Shown here one piece after another: positions 22,080 to 32,094 of a stretch of DNA of 43,848 nt (positions are counted from its first letter, which is position 1; the number at the start of each line of letters is the position of its first letter). The DNA is from an uncultured Actinomycetes bacterium. Its GTDB lineage: Bacteria; Actinomycetota; Actinomycetes; Nanopelagicales; Nanopelagicaceae. The position numbers and the translations under genes were made by a program. The stretch covers positions 1 through 43,848 of the forward strand of contig CAIXPV010000070.1 in assembly GCA_903921405.1 (NCBI GenBank). The letters are read 5' to 3'. The notes under the pieces are model-generated. The model saw only the letters and a program-made list of their open reading frames with translations, did no database searches and was not told the DNA's origin.

Positions 22080-22738
22080 AGCCAGACCACGCCAGCGCTT
22101 CGGCCCGTTATGTTGTGACGTCGGTATGAAAATTGGTGTGAATCTTCTAACGTGCAGACAGTCGAGGCTTCGTAAGTAATTCCTTGTTCAACTAAGTTCG
22201 CAATCAAAGCTTTAGGTAAATCAAGTGCAGGGGTGTGCTCGCGCGTGAGTGAAAAAGCTTGGGGATTTGTTGCACAAACCTCATCGTGCATCACCTGCGA
22301 AACTTCATAACACCGTCCACAAATAGATGCTCCAAGTTTTGCATGAATGTCACCTGCTCCTAAACGCTGCATCTCTGAAATTACTTTTAGTGCGATTCCG
22401 TTGTGCAGACCTTTACGACCAACATGAACGGCTGCAATTACTGACTGCGATTGCAGTAAGAGAGGAATGCAATCTGCCACCATCACTGCAAGGGCGATTC
22501 CCTTAGTCGTCGTAATAAGGGCATCACAGATTGGTTCGACTTCTGTGATGCGATCGACATGGACAAAGACATCTCCATGAACCTGATTCATAAACTGTGT
22601 AGGACCAACCATTGAAGCAAGTAAGGCACGATTTTTGTTAACTGTCAGTACGTCATCTCCAACGTGATGAGCCAGATTAAATGATTCATAAGGCGCCAGG
22701 CTGAACCCCTGACGCCTATCGGTAAAGATTGCTGGCAA
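22076..22738 (-). CDS. pgeF: Purine nucleoside phosphorylase / peptidoglycan editing factor (YfiH/YlmD)
   Basis: NLAHHVGD, QVHG, ADC.P, HVGR.G, CYEV, FSYRR. Confidence 0.93.
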   Translation of the reverse strand: MPAIFTDRRQGFSLAPYESFNLAHHVGDDVLTVNKNRALLASMVGPTQFMNQVHGDVFVHVDRITEVEPICDALITTTKGIALAVMVADCIPLLLQSQSVIAAVHVGRKGLHNGIALKVISEMQRLGAGDIHAKLGASICGRCYEVSQVMHDEVCATNPQAFSLTREHTPALDLPKALIANLVEQGITYEASTVCTLEDSHQFSYRRHNITGRSAGVVWL

Positions 22739-22742
22739 AGCC

Positions 22743-23879
22743 TTACTTCATAAAGTCTGGAACGTCGATCTCATCATCTTGCGCAACGAGCTCTTCAAAA
22801 GTTACTCGGCGCCGAGGTGTTGGCTCATCACCTAGCTCAAGGGCAACTGAGATTGGATCATTAGCGGCGATTGGATCAGCCACTCCGCCCAGGGTCGCTG
22901 CATCTATGACTGGTGTAGAGACCCGCTTAGGCTCTCCCCCTTCAAAGCCAGCTGCTACTACCGTAATACGTACTTCGTCGCCAAGGGCATCATCGATTGT
23001 GGTACCAAAAATAAACTTTGCATTTGGATGAACAGCTGATTGAACCAACTCGCACGCTTCGTTAACTTCAAAGAGTCCTAAATCTGATCCACCAGATACA
23101 GAGAGAAGTACGCCCATTGCGCCATCGATTGATGCCTCAAGAAGTGGCGAAGAGATTGCTAACTCTGCCGCGCGTAATGCACGATTTTCTCCACGAGCAG
23201 AACCAATACCCATTAGCGCTGAACCCGCTCCGGACATTACGGCCTTAACATCGGCAAAGTCTAAATTGATTAAACCTGGCTGCGTAATGATTTCAGTAAT
23301 TCCTTGAACACCCGATAGTAAAACCTGATCAGCGCTCTTGAATGCATCGGCCAATGTAATCGTGCGATCAGAGATTGCAAGAAGTCGATCATTTGGAATA
23401 ACGATTAACGTATCAACTTCAGCACGCAAAGCTTCGATACCTGCATCTGCCTGGCTTGCGCGAAGTTTAGCTTCAAAAGAAAATGGACGAGTGACAACAC
23501 CGATTGTTAAAGCACCAATGTCGCGTGCAATTTTTGCAACGATAGGTGCCGCACCGGTTCCGGTGCCTCCACCTTCGCCTGCAGTTACGAAAACCATATC
23601 GGCGCCGCGCAGGATTTCTTCAATGTCATCAGCATGATCGAGTGCGGCTTCGCGTCCTTTTTCAGGATCCATTCCAGCACCAAGTCCACGTGTTGTTCGT
23701 CTTCCGATATCTAACTTAACATCGGCATCGCTCATTAAAAGATGTTGTGCATCAGTATTAATTGCAATGAACTCAACGCCTTTAAGTCCAACATCGATCA
23801 TGCGATTGATTGCATTTACTCCACCGCCACCAATGCCTACAACTTTGATGACTGCTAAATAATTCTGCGGTGAAGCCAC
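22743..23879 (-). CDS. ftsZ: Cell division protein FtsZ
   Basis: GGGGVNA, GGGTGTG, NLDFAD, C-terminal DVPDFMK; SD AAGGAGGAG before GTG. Confidence 0.99.
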   Translation of the reverse strand: MASPQNYLAVIKVVGIGGGGVNAINRMIDVGLKGVEFIAINTDAQHLLMSDADVKLDIGRRTTRGLGAGMDPEKGREAALDHADDIEEILRGADMVFVTAGEGGGTGTGAAPIVAKIARDIGALTIGVVTRPFSFEAKLRASQADAGIEALRAEVDTLIVIPNDRLLAISDRTITLADAFKSADQVLLSGVQGITEIITQPGLINLDFADVKAVMSGAGSALMGIGSARGENRALRAAELAISSPLLEASIDGAMGVLLSVSGGSDLGLFEVNEACELVQSAVHPNAKFIFGTTIDDALGDEVRITVVAAGFEGGEPKRVSTPVIDAATLGGVADPIAANDPISVALELGDEPTPRRRVTFEELVAQDDEIDVPDFMK

Positions 23880-23899
23880 GTTTCTCCTCCTTGTGAACC

Positions 23900-23922
23900 A
23901 TAAACCTCAACTTGAGCCTTAT
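23900..23922. promoter_or_regulatory. Dyad ATAA-nn-CTCAA-c-TTGAG-nn-TTAT upstream of ftsZ; candidate FtsR-type operator
   Basis: Inverted repeat seen directly; position just 5' of the ftsZ SD resembles the conserved actinobacterial ftsZ upstream motif. Confidence 0.5.
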
Positions 23923-24014
23923 AATTCAATCTTTATTGATAAGGCGAAAGTAAAGTGCCAGCCCTTCTTAATCAAACACCGACTCGAACTATTTATTGTG
24001 TCGTTGATTATTAT

Positions 24015-24659
24015 TTATTTAACGATTGGTGCATGAGGGGCAGATACATCAATTCGCTTCAATGCAGAGTTCTCGGGTTGAAGCAACAAAGCCTTATAAA
24101 CCTTTGCTTTTAGCGCATTTTCTTCACTGCGACCCCATCGAAGTTCAATGGATCGTGAATTGGCCTGAATCTGCATAATGAATGTATCTGCGCTATGGAC
24201 TTTAAGAACCGTGATTTGCGAGGAGATTTCCACTGGAAGCTGCCTAAAGAAGGCTGCAGCAATAATGGCAGAGTCAACTGATGGTGCTTGTATACGTGGC
24301 AAGTTTGAGACGTTTTGGTTGCGAAGAGTAAAGCTTTTTCCTAAGGCATCGATTGCCATGTCGTTATAAATTGCAATGGGAGTTCGTTCGGTTATTGTGA
24401 TTTCAACCGTGCCATTTATCCAATTCCTAGATACGTCGGCGCCCTTGACCCAGTCATATTTTTCATAGAAGCTCGCAACTACGCGCGGTTCAACGCGGGC
24501 TAGTTTTTCACCCTTATCGATATTTGTTGGCAAGTAGGTGCTTGTGCCTTTTATTATCACGTTGCTAACAGTAAATAATGAGGACCAACCCAATATATAT
24601 GCGGCCCCACTTAGAACCACAAGTGCACCTAATAAATATAAACGTCGTTTTTTCATCAA
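24015..24659 (-). CDS. ftsQ: Cell division protein FtsQ/DivIB (compact)
   Basis: Basic N-terminus + TM, POTRA-like VSRNW..TVEITITERTP, C-terminal IDVSAP; between murC and ftsZ. Confidence 0.9.
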   Translation of the reverse strand: MMKKRRLYLLGALVVLSGAAYILGWSSLFTVSNVIIKGTSTYLPTNIDKGEKLARVEPRVVASFYEKYDWVKGADVSRNWINGTVEITITERTPIAIYNDMAIDALGKSFTLRNQNVSNLPRIQAPSVDSAIIAAAFFRQLPVEISSQITVLKVHSADTFIMQIQANSRSIELRWGRSEENALKAKVYKALLLQPENSALKRIDVSAPHAPIVK

Positions 24660-26044
24660 CTAAAGCGCCGACTTAATCCATCGATAATAATTGGTGCTAA
24701 AGAACTGACATCACCTGCACCAAGAGTAATTATCACATCACCGGGTTGGGCATAGTTAACTATTAGATCCGCTACTTCAATGAAGTTGGGTATGTACTCA
24801 CCTTTTTCCATTGCGTCAGTAATGAGCTGTGAAGTGATACCCGGAATAGGTTTTTCACTTGCGGCATAGATTTCCAAGACGATTACGCGATCTGCAGTAT
24901 CAAGTACCTTTGCAAAAGCTGCTGCAAATGCTTGAGTGCGAGAGTATCTGTGCGGCTGGAAGATAACTAATAATCGCCCATCACCAGCAAATCGTCTCGC
25001 AGCAGCAAGAGTTACATCAATCTCGGTTGGGTGGTGACCATAGTCATCGACAACCCGAATCCCATGAACCGTTCCAACTAATTCAAAGCGGCGCCCTGTT
25101 CCATGGAAAGTTGCAAGTCCTGTTAACAAATCTGTTGGAGCAAAACCTAGTTCGATACCTGTTGCTAAAACGCCGGCAGCATTGAGGAGATTGTGATGAC
25201 CTGGAACTACAAGCTCAATAAAACCAATTGCTTTGCCATGCCAAAGAGCCCGCGCCTTTGATCCAGTTGCACCGAGTTCGATGTGATCTAATCTCAAATC
25301 AGCGTTCTCAGCGACACCATAAGAAATCACCTTCAGATCACCCGTCTTGGTAACAAGGGTGCGTGCACCAGAATCATCGGCGCAATAGGTAAGAAAACCC
25401 TCAGAATTAATTGTTGCTGCAAAGGCTTCAAAAGCGAGTTCCACATCTGCCGGCGTAGCAAAAAAATCTACGTGGTCATGCTCAACGTTTGTCACAATCG
25501 CAGCGAAGGGGTGGTACTCAACAAAAGATCCATCGGATTCATCGGCTTCTGCAACAAATATATTGCCCGTACCACGATGAGCATTTGAACCAGAGGCAGT
25601 GATGGTGCCACCAATCGCAAAAGATGGATCTTCTGCGCAGGCTTGCAAAGCCACTGCCAGCATTGAGGACGTTGTTGTTTTGCCGTGGGTTCCCGCAACT
25701 GCAATCGATTTAGACTCTGACATCAAGATCGCCAAAGCTGCAGCGCGAGTGAGCACCTTCAGTCCAAGCTCGTGCGCACGAATCATTTCGGGATTACTTG
25801 TCCCTATTGCCGTGGAATACACGACAAGGTCTGCTCCATCAACATTGCCGGCACTGTGCATAGTTGATATATGCGCACCCAGTGCTTGAAGTGCCTTCAC
25901 GACGGAAGAGTCTTTAGCATCAGAGCCGCTAACTGTAATTGAGTGCGATAGAGCGATTCGCGCTAATCCGCTCATCCCAGCCCCACCGATGCCTATAAAG
26001 TGAATACGTTTTCCGGTAAGGGAGTTTAATTTAATACGTGTCAC
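24656..26044 (-). CDS. murC: UDP-N-acetylmuramate--L-alanine ligase
   Basis: HFIGIGGAGMSG, AGTHGKTTT, EADESD, DDYGHHPTE, FQPHRYSRT. Confidence 0.98.
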   Translation of the reverse strand: MTRIKLNSLTGKRIHFIGIGGAGMSGLARIALSHSITVSGSDAKDSSVVKALQALGAHISTMHSAGNVDGADLVVYSTAIGTSNPEMIRAHELGLKVLTRAAALAILMSESKSIAVAGTHGKTTTSSMLAVALQACAEDPSFAIGGTITASGSNAHRGTGNIFVAEADESDGSFVEYHPFAAIVTNVEHDHVDFFATPADVELAFEAFAATINSEGFLTYCADDSGARTLVTKTGDLKVISYGVAENADLRLDHIELGATGSKARALWHGKAIGFIELVVPGHHNLLNAAGVLATGIELGFAPTDLLTGLATFHGTGRRFELVGTVHGIRVVDDYGHHPTEIDVTLAAARRFAGDGRLLVIFQPHRYSRTQAFAAAFAKVLDTADRVIVLEIYAASEKPIPGITSQLITDAMEKGEYIPNFIEVADLIVNYAQPGDVIITLGAGDVSSLAPIIIDGLSRRFS

Positions 26045-27120
26045 TGAGCACCCATTGCGAACTCACCTAGGGCCACAATTTTCTCCCCAGCATCTAAATC
26101 TTTCATATCTCCTGCAATTGGTGCCTGACGCGATCGAAGCAATAGCTCATCGATTGAGGAAATTAAATATTCGGCGCTGAAATCAGACTGGGCGATAACT
26201 TTGGCACGTCCGGTTTCTACCAACGTACGAGCATTAAGCAACTGCTCGCCATTTCCAATAGCTAGAGGCACGAAAAGAGCATAACGTCCTAGAGCGCCGA
26301 ACTCGCTACAGGTAACGGCTCCGCTTCGCGCAATTATCAAATCACTCGCTAAATACGCCTGTGCCATGTCATCAACATATGCAACTGGACGATATGTTCC
26401 TTGCGTTGGCGGAAGAGCGTTGAGGCGACCAACGGAGTGAAGAATTGAGATATTTTTCGATAGCAACGCAGCTAATGATTCATTAATAATCGAATTAATC
26501 GCTACAGAACCTTGCGATCCACCCATGACAAGAATTAATGGTGCCTTAGTATCAAAGCCCAGGGCTTGTTTTGCACTCACTCGGGCCGCACTCCAGTCCT
26601 TACTTGATTCCACGAGAGAGATTGCAACATCCGAACGCAGTGGAATGCCAGTGATAAGTGCATCTGTGAACTCTTTACTATCTACTGGGTTAGCAACGGC
26701 TAGGTAAGGAGTCATTAGCGCCCCCAACCTGTTTGCCCAGCCAGGCTTGGCGTTTGCTTCATGAACCAGCGTTGGAACGCCAGCCAATCGTGCGGCTAGA
26801 TAGGCAGGTGCGCTGACGTATCCCCCAAAACCTATTAATAGATCGGCCGATTTTAGGATTGTATAAGAGGCCTTTACTGAATTAACTAAATCAATTGGAA
26901 TCTTTGTCCAAGACAGCGATGGTCTTCTAGATATTGCAACCTTTGGAATAAGAGTGAGCGTAAATCCACTTGCTGGAATTAAAGTATTTTCAAGACCGTT
27001 TTTTGTGCCAAGAAAAATGATGTCATCCTGTGGATGTGCTAACTTCCAGATACGTGCAACTGCTAGCGCAGGTTCAATATGGCCGGCAGTTCCGCCGCCA
27101 GCAAGAACTATCGTAGCCAT
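26041..27120 (-). CDS. murG: Lipid II GlcNAc transferase
   Basis: AGGGTAGH, GFGGYVS, HEAN, GGSQGS, RSGA. Confidence 0.98.
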   Translation of the reverse strand: MATIVLAGGGTAGHIEPALAVARIWKLAHPQDDIIFLGTKNGLENTLIPASGFTLTLIPKVAISRRPSLSWTKIPIDLVNSVKASYTILKSADLLIGFGGYVSAPAYLAARLAGVPTLVHEANAKPGWANRLGALMTPYLAVANPVDSKEFTDALITGIPLRSDVAISLVESSKDWSAARVSAKQALGFDTKAPLILVMGGSQGSVAINSIINESLAALLSKNISILHSVGRLNALPPTQGTYRPVAYVDDMAQAYLASDLIIARSGAVTCSEFGALGRYALFVPLAIGNGEQLLNARTLVETGRAKVIAQSDFSAEYLISSIDELLLRSRQAPIAGDMKDLDAGEKIVALGEFAMGAQ

Positions 27121-28274
27121 GAGATTCCAGATGCTTGCAACTCTTTATAGATTGCAGGATCGCGACGTGCAGCGCCGATGACGAAAGCTATGCCTAAGTA
27201 CGTTGCAATAAGGGCAGATCCACCGTATGAAACCAGAGGCAGAGTCACACCCACAACCGGAAGAATGCTAATAGCCGAACCGATATTGAGGATCGATTGA
27301 ACGGCAATCCAGCAACCTATGCCTGAACTCACATAGCGCACCATGGGATCTGCAGCACGTAGTGCAATCTTAAAAATAGAGAAGAGTAGAACTGAGATCA
27401 GCAATAGCGTTGACAGAGTTCCAAATAAACCTAACTCTTCACCGATGACTGAGAAAATAAAGTCGGTGTGAGCTTCAGGTAGATTTCCCCACTTTTGCCG
27501 ACTAGCTCCCAGTCCAACACCAAATAACCCACCACTTGCTAACCCCAATAAGCTATGGGCTGGTTGCCAACCAATATTCTTATATTGATCGGCGGCAAAT
27601 GGATTGAGGAAAACCGAAAAACGCGCCATGCGATATGGCGCAGAGAGAATCAATGCACCAATGCCTGCAAAACCAAGGCCAAGAATCCCTGAAAATACAC
27701 TTAGACGTACTCCGGATACCCATAAGAGCCCGGCTAAAACAAAGCCAAAGACCGAGGCAGTACCCAAATCCTTTCCGGCCATTACAAGCACAATACATAT
27801 GAAATAGGCAGGTGCAATCAGCTTTACAACATTTCCGTACATATCTCCTGAGCGTTCGCGTTTAGCGAGAACATATCCAGCCCAGAGAATCATTAAAAAC
27901 TTTGCAATTTCACTTGGTTGTACATCGACAAAGCCAAGACTAATCCAGTTGTGATTTCCATTGACGCTCTTGCCTATTACTTGAACGCTGGCTAATAAAC
28001 CAAATGAGATAACAACTCCCAGTCGTGCAATAACTTTCCAGCGAGATAATGAAAACCGCGAAAGTACCCAGGCCATCGGAATCGAAATAACCAGGAAAAT
28101 AAACTGCCTCAAGACAATGGCATATGTAGTGCCCTTGGTCTCAAGTGAGTGGATCGACGAGGCTGAGAAAACCATAATAAGACCAAGCAAACTTAGACCT
28201 AGTGAGCTGAAAATCAACATGTAATAGAGATTGACCGGCTTATTAAAAATCGTCTGCCTAGATTCAGTTTTCAT
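27108..28274 (-). CDS. ftsW: SEDS peptidoglycan polymerase FtsW
   Basis: MVFSAS, QPSE.AK, DLGT, LPEAHTDFIF, LPLVSYGGS. Confidence 0.97.
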   Translation of the reverse strand: MKTESRQTIFNKPVNLYYMLIFSSLGLSLLGLIMVFSASSIHSLETKGTTYAIVLRQFIFLVISIPMAWVLSRFSLSRWKVIARLGVVISFGLLASVQVIGKSVNGNHNWISLGFVDVQPSEIAKFLMILWAGYVLAKRERSGDMYGNVVKLIAPAYFICIVLVMAGKDLGTASVFGFVLAGLLWVSGVRLSVFSGILGLGFAGIGALILSAPYRMARFSVFLNPFAADQYKNIGWQPAHSLLGLASGGLFGVGLGASRQKWGNLPEAHTDFIFSVIGEELGLFGTLSTLLLISVLLFSIFKIALRAADPMVRYVSSGIGCWIAVQSILNIGSAISILPVVGVTLPLVSYGGSALIATYLGIAFVIGAARRDPAIYKELQASGISWLR

Positions 28275-29658
28275 TTGCTACCAATTTCTTAACCGCCTTA
28301 GCAAAGCGATCGCCTCGATCCGCATACGTTACAAATTGATCCATCGATGCACATGCAGGTGCCATTAAAACTGTGTCTCCTTGGGCAACATATCGCTGGG
28401 CTGCCCTAACAATATTCTCCATCAGGGAGTTTGAGGCTCCGCCCTTAACGTAGTCGGGGTCGGGATCAACCATGATAAGAGGAGTCTGTGGAGAATACTC
28501 ATGGAAAGCGGCTTCAATAAGCCCACGGTCTGCGCCAATAAGAATTGCAACTTTGATGCGGCTGGCACAGCGTTGAATCAATTTCGACATGTCCGCACCT
28601 TTAGCTAGGCCGCCAGCAATCCAAATGACACTTAAGTGAGACATCAGTGATGCCGATGCTGCATGCGGATTTGTGGCTTTCGAATCATTTATCCAGCCCA
28701 CTCCATTGGCCTCATGCACAGTCTCAATTCGATGTCGGCCGGGATGAAAGTTAGCTAACGCACTTTGAATCCTCTGGTGCGGTACTCCCACGCTTCGTGC
28801 CAAACCAGCTGCTGCCAATGCATTAGAGACGCTGTGCGGCAACGTGGGTTGAATATCAGTGATTGCGGCAATCATCGCCGCCTCTTGAGGATCATCTACG
28901 AACGCTCTATCGACCAGTAAATCTTCTACAACTCCCAGCTCCCCCGGTGCTGGCGTATCGAGTGAGAAGAAAACCTTACGCCCAGACCAGGTTTGTGCGC
29001 GCTTGAGTATCTCTTCATCCTGAGCATTGAATATTCCAATCTGCGTCCGATCAAGAATTGAAAACTTATCGTCGCAGTAATTCTCAAAACTTCCATGCCA
29101 ATCTAGATGATCATCGGCAATATTGAGAATTGCCGCACTAACAAACTCTGCATCCTTCATCCAATGGAGTTGGAAGGATGAGAGCTCTAAGACCAAATAG
29201 TCAAAGGCATCACTGCGATCGACCGCATCAATTACGGTATCCCCGACATTTCCACATGCAATCGCCTTGAGTCCGGCGCTTTGCAACATTGCTGCTGCCA
29301 TTTCAACTGTCGTTGTCTTTCCATTTGTTCCAGTGAGTGCTAACCATTTCTGGGATGGAGATATTTGTCGCGAGATGTTCCAAGCAATATCAACTTCGTT
29401 ATGAATTTCGATTCCAGCGCCAATTGCCTTGACGATGATGGGGTGTTTTTCATTCCACCCAGGTGAAACCACAACTCTGTCAAAGTTACTTATTTCAACA
29501 CTCTCAGGTGTTAGTAGCGTGAACTCTGATAGAGCATCAGGGTTTTCATCGACAATGCAGACACTGGCCCCGCGCTTAACTATCGCCCTGGCTATTGAAT
29601 TACCGGTCACTCCAGCCCCTAGGACTAAATAACTGTGACCTGCAAAATTTATATCCAT
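28264..29658 (-). CDS. murD: UDP-MurNAc-L-Ala--D-glutamate ligase
   Basis: TGTNGKTT, ELSSFQL, DHLDWH, NDSKATN, APACASMDQF. Confidence 0.98.
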   Translation of the reverse strand: MDINFAGHSYLVLGAGVTGNSIARAIVKRGASVCIVDENPDALSEFTLLTPESVEISNFDRVVVSPGWNEKHPIIVKAIGAGIEIHNEVDIAWNISRQISPSQKWLALTGTNGKTTTVEMAAAMLQSAGLKAIACGNVGDTVIDAVDRSDAFDYLVLELSSFQLHWMKDAEFVSAAILNIADDHLDWHGSFENYCDDKFSILDRTQIGIFNAQDEEILKRAQTWSGRKVFFSLDTPAPGELGVVEDLLVDRAFVDDPQEAAMIAAITDIQPTLPHSVSNALAAAGLARSVGVPHQRIQSALANFHPGRHRIETVHEANGVGWINDSKATNPHAASASLMSHLSVIWIAGGLAKGADMSKLIQRCASRIKVAILIGADRGLIEAAFHEYSPQTPLIMVDPDPDYVKGGASNSLMENIVRAAQRYVAQGDTVLMAPACASMDQFVTYADRGDRFAKAVKKLVANEN

Positions 29659-29663
29659 CGAAC

Positions 29664-30721
29664 TTACTTAGCTACCCATTGTGCGTAAAACAGGCCTAAG
29701 CCGCCGGCCACACTCAAACCAGCAATGATCCAAAATCGAATTACTACAGTGATCTCGGCCCAACCTTTAAGTTCAAAATGGTGATGAAGCGGCGCCATTT
29801 TAAATACGCGCTTTCCGCCGCTGATTTTGAAATACAGGGTTTGAATAACTACCGACATAGTGATTATTACGAATAAGCCGCCTAGCGGAATCAGTAGGAG
29901 CTCCACACGAAGTGTTGCAGCAAGGCCTGCAATGGCAGCACCCAGTGCAAGTGAGCCTGTATCTCCCATAATTATCTTTGCTGGTGCTGTATTCCACCAC
30001 AGGAACCCCGTACACCCTCCAGCAAATGCTGCAGCAAGTACCGCAAGATCTAAAGGATCGCGAACTTGGTAACAGCCACTCGCGGCATTGACCGCACAGC
30101 TTTGCCCGAACTCCCATACTCCAATTAGTACGAAGGACAGGAACGTCATGATCGTGGCGCCAGTAGCTAAGCCATCTAACCCATCGGTGAGATTAACTCC
30201 ATTACTTGCCGACATCACCATAATAATGATCCAGATGATTGCAAGAATTGGTCCTAAGTAAATGCTAGTTTCGCGAACCCCAGATAGATAATGTGAAATA
30301 GGTGTCAATGAATCGGCATCTGCAAACTTTAGACCAGGAAACCAAAAATACCTGCCAACCCCGCTTGGCTCATTAACTTATAGCGACCCTTTAATCCACG
30401 AGAGTTTTGCCGCGAAACTTTTAACCAATCATCGATGAAACCTATAGCGCCTAAACTCACGACTAATCCGATAACTAGGACTGCAGATACCGTGACTGAG
30501 TTCCCCGAAATCACATGTGCTGCGCCATAGCCAACAATGGCAGCAAGAATAAAAATAATTCCGCCCATGGTTGGTGTTCCACGTTTGGTGTGATGACTAC
30601 TTGGTCCATCATCTCGAATTATCTGTCCATAGCCTCTGCCAGCCAAAATTTTTATGAGACCTTTTGTTCCAAAGAGTGAAAAGGCAAGTGCTATTGCCGC
30701 AGCGATTAGGATCTGTCTCAT
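29664..30721 (-). pseudogene. mraY: Phospho-MurNAc-pentapeptide translocase split by an apparent 1-nt deletion near 30333 (likely sequence error; otherwise frameshifted)
   Basis: 30329..30721 has KRGTPTMGG and IGFIDDW; 29664..30308 has [26 protein letters not shown]; the -1 frame reads [12 protein letters not shown] across the junction. Confidence 0.9.
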
Positions 30722-32094
30722 TCATTCACTCCATTCTTTTCGATCCAATAACGTTCTAAAGACTCTGCAAGCTTTTCAAAACCCTCTGAACGTGACGCCT
30801 TCACAAGGGCAACATCACCGGGCGATAAATACTCGAAGAACTCCTCAGCGGCCTCAATCGTTGGAACATGATGTACTGCAAGTTCGCCTGCACCATCTCC
30901 GTATTCAGGGGCATTGACTACAACCAAGTGATCAATGCCAATCTCTTGGGCAAGAGTGCCAATACCTTCGCTCAGAGCCGGGCCTGACTCGCCGAGTTCA
31001 TGCATTTTTCCTATAAATGCCCATGATTGCCCACCCCGCTCTTGGGCAAAAAAGAGTAAGGAGCGAAGGGCCGCTGCCATTGACATCGGATTGGCGTTAT
31101 AAGAATCGTTGATGAGTAGAAGATCCTTTAACTCATGTAACTCCATACGCCATTTGCTTGAACTTTCAGCGCTCGAAAGTGAACTTGCAATGAGCTCGAG
31201 CGGAAGACCTAACGCAGTTCCTACAGCGGCAACAGCCAAGGCATTGCTGATTTGATGTGCTCCAATTAAACGCATACCGACGGCATCACGTCCGGCTGTG
31301 GTGACAAGATCAAAATGTGGTCGTCCTTCGCGAATTTGAATATCGGTCGCACGGACATCTAAATCGGCACTCTCACCAAATCTAATCGTTTGGCCTGAGT
31401 GCAAGCTGGACATAAGAGGTGTGAATTCATCATAACTTCCGAGAATGGCAATGCCCGATTGACCAAGTGATTGGATGAGCTCAGCCTTTGTTTCGGCAAT
31501 TGCTGTGGCTGAGCCAAATTCGCCAATATGAGCCGTACCGACCGAAAGCACAACTCCAATATTTGGTTGTGCGATATCGCAGAGCTTAGAGATATCTCCC
31601 TTGTGCCGAGCTCCCATTTCTAAAATGCAAAACTTCGTTCTCTCATCGCACTCTAACAATGTGATTGGAAGACCTAGGTCATTATTAAATGAACCCGTGG
31701 GTGAAACTGATGGTCCCACTGCTCGGAGCATATGTGCCATTAAATCCTTTGTGCTTGTCTTGCCTTGAGAACCGGTGATGCCAATTACGATTAAGCCTGA
31801 CAATCTCTTTCGTACAAATGTCGCAAGAATTGATAGCGCAACGATTACGTCTTTTACAATAATGCACGGTCCATCGATTAAGCGAGTCGTTAAAGAAAAC
31901 ATCGCTCCCAAACGATATGCCTCGGCCACAAATTCGTGACCATCCTGCTTTTCGCCCTGCAAGGCAAGGAAAAAGCTACCGGGGGTTGAAAGGCGCGAAT
32001 CAAATACTGGTGCCTTTGATATCAAAAGATCTTTATCGCAGTGAAGCTCTCCCCCAACTAGTAGTGCGATTTCACCGGCTGTAAGGGTAATCAT
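30718..32094 (-). CDS. murF: UDP-MurNAc-tripeptide--D-Ala-D-Ala ligase
   Basis: ITGSQGKTSTK, SFNN..G.P, EMGA, NDSYNANP, LVKASR. Confidence 0.97.
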   Translation of the reverse strand: MITLTAGEIALLVGGELHCDKDLLISKAPVFDSRLSTPGSFFLALQGEKQDGHEFVAEAYRLGAMFSLTTRLIDGPCIIVKDVIVALSILATFVRKRLSGLIVIGITGSQGKTSTKDLMAHMLRAVGPSVSPTGSFNNDLGLPITLLECDERTKFCILEMGARHKGDISKLCDIAQPNIGVVLSVGTAHIGEFGSATAIAETKAELIQSLGQSGIAILGSYDEFTPLMSSLHSGQTIRFGESADLDVRATDIQIREGRPHFDLVTTAGRDAVGMRLIGAHQISNALAVAAVGTALGLPLELIASSLSSAESSSKWRMELHELKDLLLINDSYNANPMSMAAALRSLLFFAQERGGQSWAFIGKMHELGESGPALSEGIGTLAQEIGIDHLVVVNAPEYGDGAGELAVHHVPTIEAAEEFFEYLSPGDVALVKASRSEGFEKLAESLERYWIEKNGVNE

